Assembly: GCF_009914755.1 (NCBI RefSeq)
Contig: NC_060935.1
Strand: one strand, 5' to 3'
Origin: the human T2T-CHM13v2.0 reference genome, Homo sapiens
DNA length: 64,000 nt
Part shown: one piece after another, positions 26,031-38,184 of the stretch
Layout: each line of letters starts with the position of its first letter
How positions within the stretch are numbered: position 1 is the stretch's first letter
Made by a program: the position numbers and the translations under genes
The notes under the pieces: generated by a model
The model's input: only the letters and a program-made list of their open reading frames with translations
Databases searched by the model: none
What the model was told of the DNA's origin: nothing

Positions 26031-26847
26031 CCTGTCCTGCCCTCTGTGTTATGGTGCCCTTCCAGGAAGGAGGCAGAAAGGTGCACCTGGAGTTAGAATA
26101 TCCTTGGGGAGTGTCCCGGACCCAAGGGAAGGCAAACGGTCCTTCTGGTACAGACTGCTGTCTCCTGATGGCCACGGGTCTCCTGACAGATTTAGCCAAT
26201 TCACTGGCTCACAGGTCCATGCACCATCCTCAGCAGAGCCGGGGTAAGGTAGCTGGGCTCGAACAGCCCCAGAAAAAGGCAAAAAGAAAGATAACAGAAA
26301 CTTGTATGGAACTTTCAAGTACTCACTGTGGAAGTCATTGATTTATCTGCCTACTGTGAGAGTTATGTCACGTTGGAAGGTCACATTAGAACGCCCCTCA
26401 CCTCCTGCAGCCTCAGCTCCACCCTGGGCTCAGAGATCAATCCTTGCCTTATTTAGGGAAGCACATCCAAGCATATTTGAAACTTTTGGGATGGGCTTGG
26501 GGATACTGGCACCAGGGACATCTTGCTGTCAGTACTGTCCTGATTCTGAGAACTCCACTAACGCCACATTCCTCAATCCAAGCCTGGATCTGGGACTCAG
26601 GCTGCTGCCTCACTAAATGCCTTATCTTTTGGGTCACTGCAGACCAGGGCCCTGCCTTCTTTAGCCAATGTCTGTTTCCCTCATCTGGCAGTAGGACATC
26701 AGTCTACCAAAAGAGTCACATGTTCATATCCCAGCTTAGGTCCAAGTTGTGAACCAACTTCATTTCTTAATGTAATCACTTTTTTGGTATTGCTTTTTTT
26801 CTCTAAAAAGTATGTATATTTTCTGATCCTACATGTAATATTTTCTG

Positions 26848-26997
26848 GGCCAGTTGCAGTGGCACACACCTGAGCTACTCAAGGAAGCTGAGGCGGGAGG
26901 ATCCCTTGAGCCCAGGAGTTTGAGGTTACAGTGAACTATGATTGCGTCACTGTACTCCAGCCTAGACAGCTAGCAAGACCCCATCTCTTAAAAAAAA
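26848..26997 (+). mobile_element. Alu monomer (FRAM or AluJ right arm)
   Basis: gctgaggcgggaggatcccttgagcccaggagtttgaggttacagtga...gaccccatctcttaaaaaaaa. Confidence 0.85.
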
Positions 26998-27059
26998 TTG
27001 TTAGAAAATACTTTAAAGCATCAAGGAGAAAAAAATTTCTCCTATCTTTCTGGATTCAT

Positions 27060-27235
27060 TTTTCTCAACTGCGCTTATTACTATCTAACACCGTCCTTTA
27101 CTTAGGTTTTCATTGTTTGTCTCCTTCTCTAGAATGGGAGCTTGACAACATGAGGGATTTCATGTTTTGTTCACTGCAAGTTCCTTAATTCCCAGAACAA
27201 TACCTGGCACATTTACAGAATGAATGAATTAATTC
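27060..27235 (+). mobile_element. L2 3' end
   Basis: ctagaatgggagcttg...ttttgttcactgc...cagaacaatacctggcaca...gaatgaatgaat. Confidence 0.7.
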
Positions 27236-27894
27236 ATAATGCCATGACATCAGATATAATTTTATTTAATATTATAGAGGGAACATTTTTCAATGTCAAT
27301 AAAATTTTTTCAAAAGCATCATTTTAAATGGCTGATAATAATCTAGGGTATGGACATCTAAGCATGTGTTAAGTATGCCTGCAGTTTTGGATACTGAAAG
27401 ATTACACAGATTAATTTGATTCCCCATTTATCAAGCTACAGCAGGGCCAGGCTCACTTTGTTGTTTGGTTTCTTAGTTTCTTGTTCCTGGTCGAATGAAC
27501 AGATGAGACTGGTGAATTATGGAGAATTTCTGTCACTGCCCTCTCTAGCCTTGGCATAGCACTGTGGCTCCTCTCTCCAAATTTCTAGGTGATCCAGCCG
27601 GCTGGGCTCTATGTACTGAAGCATAGGCTGCCCAGCGTAAGCAGAATTGCTAACAGGATACTATTATGGTACCCACCTGTGTGGCCTTGTGGGGGTGGGG
27701 GAACTTACCTTTGTTCCTGTCCTCCTCTAGAAAATCAGTTACATTTCTCTTGCCTCCCTCCCAAGGATGATTTCCAGGGAAGCAAATTAAAAAGTGGTGA
27801 AAAGCCTTTAACAATTACTCAGAAATCTATCATTTCATCCTCTTTCACCTCCAGTTCAAGTTTAAGAACAGTCCTTTCAAAAAGAAAAAATTAA

Positions 27895-28184
<290 letters not shown>

Positions 28185-28564
28185 AGAAACATTTTCAATC
28201 AGGCTCAAAGAATGCAGGAACTGTGGGGCCAGGTTTCATATAAAATGCGTTTTAGAGTTCACTTGGTGAGATATTCCCCTCAAAGAGCACAGGGACTTGA
28301 TTCCCCAGCACTCTCCTGCCTCTGGATCTTTGCTCAAGCTGTTGTCTCTGTCTGGAGTGCCCTTCACCTCCATGTCTGCTTGTTGAAGATTTGCTGCCTC
28401 TAGGACACCTCTTCCAAGAAGCTTTCTGGAACCTTCTCCAAGTCGGAATTATGGTTTTTCTCAGGCATTGCACATGGCTTGTGCCATTCACTGCTGACTG
28501 CTTTGCATTAGGGTTCTTTTGGTCTTAGAGCCCTGTAGCTGATTTATTAAAGGTGTGGGCTGCC

Positions 28565-28705
28565 TAGGATGGTGGTTTCCTGCCATGGCTTCACATTAGA
28601 ACCACCTGGGGAGCCTTGACTCACCTGGCCAAGTGGAAACCAGCATCAGTATATTTCGAGAGCTCCTCAGGTGGTTCTAATGTGCAACCAGGAATAAGAG
28701 CCTTG
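28565..28705. mobile_element. MER5-like hAT fragment
   Basis: cacattagaaccacctggggagc...gagctcctcaggtggttctaatgtgcaacca. Confidence 0.6.
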
Positions 28706-29589
28706 CACTGAGACCTCCTCCCATCTCATGCATGGAATTTTTCTTGCATCTGTTCTTCCAGCTCACAGGCCCCTTCCCCTCACGACATGGAAAGAGAGAT
28801 GAGTTTCCACTAAGACAAGACCTTAGCTCTGACTTGATGTCTTAAGCAGGAGATGTAAAACCTAACTCACAGTGTCCGCGGGGTCCTGAATTTCTGTTCC
28901 ACCCCTTTCAGCCAACTGGCAGCTTGGACTGGAGTTAGCGACAGATGTCTTCTGAGCAGGACTTACAGGTAAGCATATGAGTCCACAAGCTGGCCAGAGA
29001 GCCAAGAAGCATCTTGAATCTAAAAGGCTTAGGGCTCAAGCTTGCATATGGGCCCTAGGAGATGAATATATTCAGCTGTTATGGGCTCAGCAAGATCCTT
29101 CTCCTAGGAATTCGGGGTCATTATATCACTTTATATCAACAACAAATCTTTCGGCTTCTGCAGCAAATGGGCATCTCTGTGTCTGTTGTAGGCTTGCTTA
29201 GTCCTAGGTCCTTGTTGAAGAAGTCACAGAACTTGGACCAGGGGGTATTTTGAGCATATCATTTCTCAGTTATTACCTACTGTGGCTTCCTACTGCTTGA
29301 GTCTAAGACCCTAAACCCTGCTTGAACCTGGCATTGAAGACCTCCTACAAATCTTGTCCAGGCCTCCTCAACCTATCTTGTCCCGGCCTAAAATGATTAT
29401 TGGAGATCTCTTAGCCTTATTGTTACCTAGGGGCCTTTTGGGGAGGGTAGATGTTGGTGGAAACATCCCTGATATTTTATGCCAAATATGTATGCATTCC
29501 TTTCCCCAAGGAACACAAATCTGTAACTTTCAAGTTACCAGAGGGATTCATAATCCCCCAACCTGGAGGTTAAAGAATCCCTGGTATTC

Positions 29590-29700
29590 TACAAGTCCTT
29601 TGTTTTACAGAGGAAGAAAATGAAGCCTGGAAAGGCAGTGACTTGCCCAAGGTCACACAGAGTGGGTCTATAGCTGTAGGCCTGCAGGTATCCAGTTGCC
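29590..29700 (-). mobile_element. MIR
   Basis: ttttacagaggaagaaaatgaagcc...gtgacttgcccaaggtcacacag. Confidence 0.75.
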
Positions 29701-29991
29701 CCCACCAAGCACCCCTGCTTCTGTCCCTGAAGTTCTCAGCTTCCTCAGTGATGTCTGCAGGCTGATCATCAGAGTAGTGTGCTGCTGGGTCAGGGCCAGC
29801 AGGAGCCTCCACAGGCCTCGGGCCTCTGTGGCCTAGCCTGGATGACACAGGCTGTTCTGGCATCTTCTCTCACCCGGTCCTTCTTGGGTCCCTGGGCATT
29901 TGTTTATGCAGTGGTCCATCTAAGTGGGACAATTTCCTCCAAGGAGACCCTTCTGGTCCAACTGTGGCATGGGTCTCATGCATGCATTTTC

Positions 29992-30076
29992 CTATCCTTT
30001 TTTTTTTTTTTAATAGGAGAAAAGGCATACAAATTTATTTAACATGTGTACATGGGAGACCTCACAATGAAGACCC
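29992..30076 (-). mobile_element. Short processed retrocopy of an ERV1-type LTR 3' end (poly(A) signal, poly(A) tail, TSD)
   Basis: Minus strand reads ...catgttAAATAAAtttgtatgccttttctcctatt then A14; flanked by CATGCATGCATTTTC (29977-29991) and CGTGCATGTATTTTC (30077-30091). Confidence 0.7.
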
Positions 30077-31374
30077 CGTGCATGTATTTTCTAACACACT
30101 GTTTACCTTCTCTGTCCTTTGGCCTGTAATTCACCTTAATTTGGGAGGTCAGATAGGGCTTTCAGGTATTTTTTATTTTTTAATTAAATACTTTTTTTCT
30201 TAGTGTTTTGGACTTTATTAGATTACCATCTTTTGATCACTAGGGAACTTAAAAACTTGATGTTTCATTCCATTTGCAACTCCAGTATCCACCAATGATA
30301 GTTACATTACAGACAGGAACACCAGGTCATAAAGTCCTGGTAATTGTCTTTGCTATACTATTTTGACGGTTAAATAATATAAGGCATACTAACGTGATAA
30401 ATGGGCACCAACTGAATGTAACACTTTACTGTTGGTGTTATTGTGGTGGGTTTAGTTCCTGCAGAGATTTTGCAAACTCCTTGAGGTCAGGAATTATGCC
30501 TTAAACTCTCATTGCCCCACTGCAAGCAGCACAACGCTGGGCATTTCAAAGCTTTCCATAAATCACCGTGTGCTGATCTTAAACAGGCTTTACGCCAGGT
30601 AAAGACTGGGGAGGAGATGCCTGGGAGAAAACTGTTCAGGGAAAGATTTCAGCTGGTCGAACCCGGTGTTGTGTCTGCTCCAAAAAGAGTGTGAAAGAGC
30701 AACTTGTTGGCAAGCGGCCTTCCTTTGTGAGTAGCAGAGCTCATTTTTTCTCAGTCCCAGAGGCAAAATCAGACTTGGCTTAAGGCCGTGCTGCTGGGCT
30801 GTGGCTGTGTGTGATCTGAGGAGAGTGGGAAGCCAAAGTCCCAGCCAGGGCTGGCCCTCTGTGGCCACCAGCAGCCACTGGCTGTGCCTCTACTGTGATC
30901 CCCAGCATGGAGCCTTTGAACGGACCCTGTTATGTGGCATATACAGTGGATGAGGCTAGAAGCCTGGACATCTAGTGATTTCTGACCTTGAGCCTGAGAC
31001 CTAGGAGGCCTTCTCTGTAGAGTCCAGAGGTAGGACCTGTGGCCAGTGGCACCGACTCCTCACCTGCACCCGGGACCAGGACCAGACTCCTTAGCTGTGC
31101 ATTCAACATTCTAAAACGTGCTTCTCTTTGGTCTCCCAGGGGAGATGGGCACTGGGAAGACCCTACATTTACACCACATCCCTACCACTTCTGTGCCCTG
31201 CAACCCTCCTCACCATTTCCTGCTCCTTTTTGGAGACATTCTTCTCACTCTTCTCTGGGCCAAATCCACCCTCCTCTTCTAGTTCTTCCTACCAACTCTC
31301 TTACAAGCCTGACAGTTGTAAAGCAGGCCTGCGGGGAAGGTGAAGGTGAATTTGAGGCTAAACCTCTCTGTCAT

Positions 31375-32250
31375 GATCATGGATTTTGGTGTCAGACACA
31401 CTTGGGATCAAAATCCAGTTCTGCCACTCACTGCTGAGAGACCTGGGGCAGGAACTTCATCTTCTGTAGACTCAGTTTAATCTGTAAAATGGTGGTAATA
31501 GCTGTCCCATGGTATTGTGGAGAGAATTAAGAGATGCTGAATATAAATAATATCTCAGGCCCATAGCCAGTCCCTAGTAAATGGAAGCCATTCTAACGCC
31601 AAGCCTTCAGATCATAGGTGCTTCTCAAATGTCCACATGGCCGGGCCCCCAATCTGCTCAGGACACCCAAGGGTGAAGCATGTTATTGGCTTCCCAGGGT
31701 TTCCTAGTACTATATCATGGAGGCATCTGGGGATTGTGGTGTGATGCTTAGCCAAGAGGCTGCCCTCTGCACCCCCACTTCAGGGAGGCGAGGAAGGGGA
31801 GCAGTGTGTGTGTGTGGCAGAGATGGCATTGATTGAGAACTGGCAGACCTGGCTTCCCTGCCAGCGCTGCCATGTTCCAGTGTCTAACCTATAGATGTTG
31901 GCTGAATGAGAGGAAATTACATACTCTGTGAGCCTCAGTTCTCTGATCTACACGATGGGGGAATAGTACCTTTTGGGGTTGGTGTGGACACTATATGAAG
32001 GAGCTGGAATACTGCAGCTATTTGGAGCCATATTCTAGAACCAAACTGCCTGGGTTCACATCCTAGCTCTGCCACTTACTGGCTCTGCAGTTTTGAACAA
32101 TTACATCACCTTTTAGTTTGACTTACTCTTATAAAAAGTAAGGACAATGTTAACGTCTATCTGACAGTGCTGTCAAATATGTTTTCATATATGAAATACT
32201 TAAAACATTGTTTGGCAGTAGGTAAGTACTTGATAAATATTATCTTCTCT
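31375..32250 (+). mobile_element. Cluster of three MIR fragments
   Basis: MIR cores near 31400-31520, 31920-31990 and 32030-32240 (aactgcctgggttcacatcctagctctgccacttact). Confidence 0.7.
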
Positions 32251-33079
32251 TTTATGATGATGAGAGTGCCTGTTACAGTGCCTGGCATGTCTTAGGGTGC
32301 CCAGTAATGAATTTCCTGTCATTCTTCTGCCTGAATCTAAGGGAATATGGTGCCTGAGACTCCATCATTAAGTATTTTTTATTTCCTAGTGTTTGACAAT
32401 AATATGGAAATGCCCTAATTTGGGGATAATCATACTCTGTGTATTGTTCAATTCAGTTATACGATAATTGGCCATTCTGTGCCAGGTGCCAGGCTGAAGC
32501 ATTCTCATCAGTGATGCGAAATTGAATGGCATGTGATCTCTGCCTTGGGATCACAGTTTTGTGGGGGGTTTATTTATTTGTGCATTTATTCATTTTCACA
32601 TTTGTTTGGAGCCTATACCACAAATGTACAGAGTACAACAGGTGTTATGATGAGGTCTGAAGGTACACAGGAAAGGGCAGAGAAGTTTTCCTTTAAGGCG
32701 ATATTTGAGCCAACCTTGAAGTCTGTGCCAAAGATGGTCAAACCAGGGCATGGGAATGAGTAATGATGGGGGTGAGAAGGACTTGCCAAACAGCATCAAA
32801 TTTGGAACAAAAGACTGTTGGTTTGGAAGTGCACATCGTTTCTTCCATTGTCACTCACCAAGCAGGCAGCGTGTGCTGGCACAGTGCTAGGGGCTAAAAA
32901 TAGAGGGGCATAAGACCCACTCTCTGCTCTCCAAATGCTCATAGTCTGTTGGGGGCACACCTTGTTGTCCAGGCCGGAAGGTTGTGCATCTTCCTGCAAT
33001 CATCCTGCTCCCTCCCCAAGCCTATCAATCACCAAAGCCAGACGGTTACTCAGTGTTGATCACTAAGGGTATATATGGG

Positions 33080-33513
33080 TGATGTAGTTTGAATATTTGT
33101 CTCCATCCGTATCTCATGTTGAAATGTAATCCCGAGTACTGGAGGTGGAGCCTGGTGGGAGGTGAATGGGAGGTGATTGGATCGTGGGGATGGATTTCTT
33201 ATGAATGGTTTAGCACCATTCCCCCTTGGTGCTTGTCTTTGCGATAGTGAACTCTTGTAAGATCTGGTTGTTTAAAAGTGTGTGGCACCTCGCTCACTCT
33301 TTCTTGCTCTGCTTCCACCATGTGAAGTGCCTGGTCCTGCTTTGCCTTCCCTTCTGCCATGATTGTAAGCTTCCTGAGGCCTCCCAAGAAACTGGTGCTG
33401 GAGCTGTGCTTCCTGTACAGCATGCAGAACTGTGAGCCAATTAAACCTCTTTTCTTTATAAATAGCCCAGTCTCAGGTGTTTCTTTATAGCAATGCAAGA
33501 ATGGCCTAATACA
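33080..33513 (+). mobile_element. MSTA-like MaLR solo LTR
   Basis: tgatgtagtttgaatatttgtc...ccaattaaacctcttttctttataaat...cctaataca; perfect 5-bp TSD ATGGG at 33075-79 and 33514-18. Confidence 0.92.
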
Positions 33514-34019
33514 ATGGGAGTGATTAGGAAATTTAGGATGAGTATTAAGTGTGGGAGGTAGGAAGCAGGGTGTCATTGTGTAGAGAGAAGCGTCAAATTT
33601 AAAGACTTGGGGGGTTGTCTAGCTTCACTCAGAGAGTCTGACCACAGCCTTCATCCCCAGGTTGCACAAGGTGTGAACACTGTGCTCTGTTGGGAGTTGA
33701 TGATGCCATTCCTGGGCCTGAAGGGGGTCATCTGTCGGCTACCCTGCACTCAGCCTGTGGACCCAAAGAGAGGCCCACCTTAAAACCCCTTTCTTCTATC
33801 TTATCACACCTGGCTTTGGAGAGGAACTCAAGTAATGATCTCTGTAGTAGCTGATGAAATCCATATCAGCCATCAGTCTTGACCAGGATAGGTCTTCATT
33901 TAGGATTAACGAAAAGCAAAGAACAAGTCAGAACTATGAGGAGAATCGGGAGCTCAAAGGAAGGTGATCAGGCTGAGAATTTGGAGTGACTGTTTCTGTC
34001 TGAAACAGGGCTAATGTAG

Positions 34020-34850
34020 GAAATGGAAGAAAAAGTTTAATGAATATTCTCAGAGGTATTTTAAAAGACACTTAATTGACAAAATAAGAGAAAGTTTGAC
34101 ACAAAATCGAGGAAATCAGGCAATAGAAAAGAATCCTGAGAACAAAATAGAAAAAAGAAATGGAGACAGTAACTGTTAGAAGGGGCATATAGCTAAAAAT
34201 AAGATTAGTGAATTAGAAGACAACTTAGAGAAATTTCCCAGAATGCAGAGCAAAAATACAAAGATAGAAATTATGAGAATAAATGATAAACTTATAAGAT
34301 AGAATTTAGTAGGTCCAAGAACCACAAAATAAATATACTGAAGTAGAGAACAGAGTGCATAAAGGAGAGACAATAATCAAGGAAACATAAAAAAATTTCT
34401 TCTCGTAACAGAAGAAATGTGAATTTAGACTCAAACTCTCACTTTTATCAAGGTACAAACCTATATACGTCTGAAATTTTGGAATTCTAACCAAGAGAAA
34501 AATCATGCAATCTTTTAAAAAGGAAAAATAAGCCAGTTACAAAGGAGAGAGGGTCATTTTGTTATTGGATTTTTAATCCGCAACACTAAATGCTGCAATA
34601 CGAAGGAGCAATGTTTATACAGTTTAGCGGGGAAAAAATAGATACCCTATAATTCTATAATCATTTTAATGATTCTTCTTATGTGAAGGCAAAATAAATA
34701 AATATTCAAGACCCAGTCTCAGCCAGTATGCTACTCATGTAACTTTAAACAAATAACTCCTTAAGGAAGTTCTTCAGCCAACTAAAAAAATAATTAGCAC
34801 AAGACACCCAACAAAGGGGAAGATAAAGGTGCATGAAACTTGTGAGCAAC
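34020..34850 (+). mobile_element. Ancient L1 ORF1-like / HAL1-like remnant
   Basis: A-rich; attagtgaattagaagac...cagaatgcagagcaaaaatacaaagatagaaa...ataatcaaggaa; no intact ORF. Confidence 0.55.
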
Positions 34851-35768
34851 GAAACCAATGATGCATATCTATGGTCTGATGCAGAAGTAGAGAGAGCCAA
34901 TTATGGAGAAAGACAGCCAGGGCTCCAATCCTTACTCTGGTTCTGTTGTGGTTGGAGATGTTTGGTCCCTTGTGATGGTTAAAAAACCAGGCAATGGCTA
35001 GATCCTGACCTCTTCTCATGCAATTGAGGACACATGTGCTACTCAGAAACAGAAGAAAGGGAATCAAAGCATAACCGTATTAATACTTGTACATGTGCTT
35101 GGCACAAGACAGGGCCTTTGGCAAAAGCTGAATTGTAGAGTCTGGCTTAGATTCAGGAGTGGGGTTTTTCCACTTCTCCAGTTTAAATCAAAATCTTGGG
35201 AATAGCAAGTTCAGCTGTGCTGAAAGTTGGAGAGCGTTCTCTGTCTCTCTGTCTCAATCTGCAGAATAGATCATGTCCCTTTTTTTTTTTTTGGACAAAT
35301 ACAGAGAAGGTAGAGAGAAAGAAAGCTATGGCCAGATTTTTTTTTTTTTTTTTTCTGAAGACAAGAAGCCCTAATTGGAGGTAAGAAGGAGAAAAGAGCA
35401 CTCTATAGTTATTGACCTTTAAAGAAAAGTAACTTTATAAAAAAAAATTCCCCACTGAAAAATCTGGGCTCTGACCCATCAGGTTACCAATCCACAGTCC
35501 CTTTGGTAATGGTGAGGTTATCAAGGGAGCAGGCAGAGTTGGGATTCACGGCACAGGTGCTGAAGGGTCCTCTTGCTCTATACCCCCCTCCTTTTGTTCT
35601 GTCTTAATCCACTGGTCAGCCTCCAGGGGTGACGCTGTTCTTATCAGAAGGGTCCTGATCTCACCTTTGTGAGGCTGCTCACCTGAAGTCTCCTACTGCT
35701 CCTTTCTATTCTCCTAGGACCAGATGTGCAATGTAGCCTCTGATGTGGGCAGTAGGAAAGCACTTCTT

Positions 35769-35907
35769 TTTTCATAATTTAAACAATTTTGTGAGTACAT
35801 AGTAGGCATATATATTTGTGGGGTACAAGAGATGTTTTGATACAGGCATGCAATGTGAAATAAGCACATCGTGGGGAATGGGGTATCCATCCCCTCAAGC
35901 ACTTATC
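35769..35907 (-). mobile_element. 5'-truncated L1MA-type 3' end
   Basis: ggggtacaagagatgttttgatacaggcatgcaatgtgaaataagcacatc; ~15-bp degenerate TSD AG(G/A)AAAGCA(C/T)TTCTT at 35754-68 and 35908-22. Confidence 0.85.
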
Positions 35908-36539
35908 AGAAAAGCATTTCTTAACTCTAGGTCACTGTATCTTAGGAACACTCCAGGTAATTCTACATTATCAAAAAATTTATCTTACATTCAATTTCCA
36001 TCTCAAATTATGCCTAGCCATGTTGTATATGCTTGTACAAAGTATGTACAACACACCCACACAATCTGAAACATTCCAAATTTGAATGTAAACTCTCTTT
36101 CATTATTATGGTCCCATTGAGACATTAAATTTCAAGATGAAATTCCCTTTGCTTGTAAGATTCTGGAGGAAAAATGCCCACGATGTCTTCCTGTATGCTT
36201 CCTTTTTCTGCTTATTCTCAGCTAGAGAGGTCCCACCCAGATACGTGGGTGCAGTCTCGGTTTCTTTTGTTACTTTAGCCTCTATTATCTTTTACTGCAA
36301 TGATTGAACACCTCTTTAGCGTCTTCAATATTAAATTCACCAAACCTCAAATCTCCCACATGTTCTGGTTTTCTTTTCTAGTTCCAGAGCATCGGCAGAG
36401 CCTCTAAAATGAGGAGTAGATTGGCTTGGCTGAGGGATTCACCAACAGCCTCAGATACACCTATACATTCTGTTACTTTATCCCAGGTATCCTTTTAATA
36501 AACCACCTAATTCATGAGGATCTATGATTTTCAATATCA

Positions 36540-37560
36540 TGTTTTCCAACATTCAAGAGCACTGGCCCCAAATAGATACACATGATTATGAATGTAGTTG
36601 CAAAAGAATTCTATATAAAATATTAGCAAATCAAATCCAGAAAAGTATTAAAAGTACAACATATGATGACAGAGTAAAGTTTTGTTCCAGGAAAGCAGAT
36701 ATTGCTTAACATTAGGAAGTCTGTTAATGAATTCATTTTACTAATAGGTTAAAGGAGAAAAACCATATGACTTTCTCTCTGAGTGCTGAAACAGATTTTA
36801 CTAAATTCATCATCTTTTCCTAATTAAAGGTTTTAGTAAATTTTGAAGAGAAGGAGGGTTTTAAAATATAAAGAGCATAAGAAGGGAGCAAACATCACAT
36901 TTAATGGTACAATAACAGAGGCCTCACTAGTAAAGATAAGAAAAGTATAAGGACACATACTGTCCCTGGGATTAATCAAGATGGTGTTGGAGTCTTAGCC
37001 AAAGCAGTAAGATAAGATAAAGAAATGAGAGATACAAATATTGGAGGGAAAGAGCCAAAGTTATAATTATTTGAGGATGATAAAATTGTTTGGTTGAACT
37101 ATCTAAGAAGATTGACTTTTAAGAATTTGTACTTAAGGTGCTGAATACAGAATAGTAACCTTCCTATATATTAACATTACCTAGTTAGGCAACTAGGAGA
37201 AAAGGTGCTTATAACAAAAATATCTATAAAATATATAAGAATAATTGTAGCTGGAAAATAGAAGAACTAGAAGGAAACTTTGGAGAGTATCTTTTATAAT
37301 CTTGGTATAGAGAAAACCCTTCTTAGCATATAACAGAGTCTATAATATGTTAAAAAATACTGACAGATTTGACTAGATAAGAATTGTGAATGTCTGTAAA
37401 ACAAAGACACCGTAAAGAAAGTTCAAAGTTGAGTGACAAACCCAGAGAAAATATTTGCTACTTGTGTAACATAGAAAAGATTTCTATCCAGAATATAAAA
37501 GACTTCTACCAATCAATCAAACAAGTTCTAACAACCTGACAGAAAATGGTCAAAAAGTAT
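36540..37560 (+). mobile_element. Old L1M ORF2 remnant
   Basis: aaaatattagcaaatcaaatccag, aaaggagaaaaaccatatg, and an RT FADD-like ttatttgaggatgat motif. Confidence 0.7.
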
Positions 37561-37739
37561 TGGATTAGCTAAGGATATGTTTGCTAATGTAACAGACAAG
37601 CTGCCAAATCTCATTTGAAATACAAAAATAGTTGTTCATTATCACCTGGCAGCTCTTCTCCAACCAGTGATTCAGGAACCCAGGCATTGCATCTTACACA
37701 CTTAGCTTCCAAGGTCAAAGTGTTCAAACTGAAAATATG

Positions 37740-38140
37740 GCATGGACCTTGCTCTAAATGGTGCTTGTATTTCAGTAGGGGGAGACAGATTCAAGAAAAA
37801 ACAGGTAAATTTAAAGAGCAAGAAAATTTCAGAGAATGGTGAGTGCTAAAGGTAAGGAACTTTAAGGTGATCAGCAAAAGTCTTTCTGAGGAGGTGACAT
37901 CTGAGCTGTGACATTAAGAGCCAGCCATGTGAGAATCTTATGAAATAGCCTTTTAGGCAGTGGAATAGCAATAAAAAAGGCTTTGTGATGGGAATGAACT
38001 TGACTTATTTGAGGTGCCCAGAAAATGTTGGTTTGGAGGAGTGAGGAGAGTGGTAGTATCAGATATGGGGGACTTCCATGTTATGTAGGACCTTATAGAC
38101 AAAGCAAAGGAATTTGATTTTTATTCTGTGTGCAGTGAGA
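37740..38140 (-). mobile_element. L2 fragment
   Basis: tctgaggaggtgacatctgagctg...gagccagccatgtgag...ggaatttgattttt. Confidence 0.65.
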
Positions 38141-38184
38141 AACCAACATGTCACAGTTTCAGTGGTATCTGCATATTGATGCCA

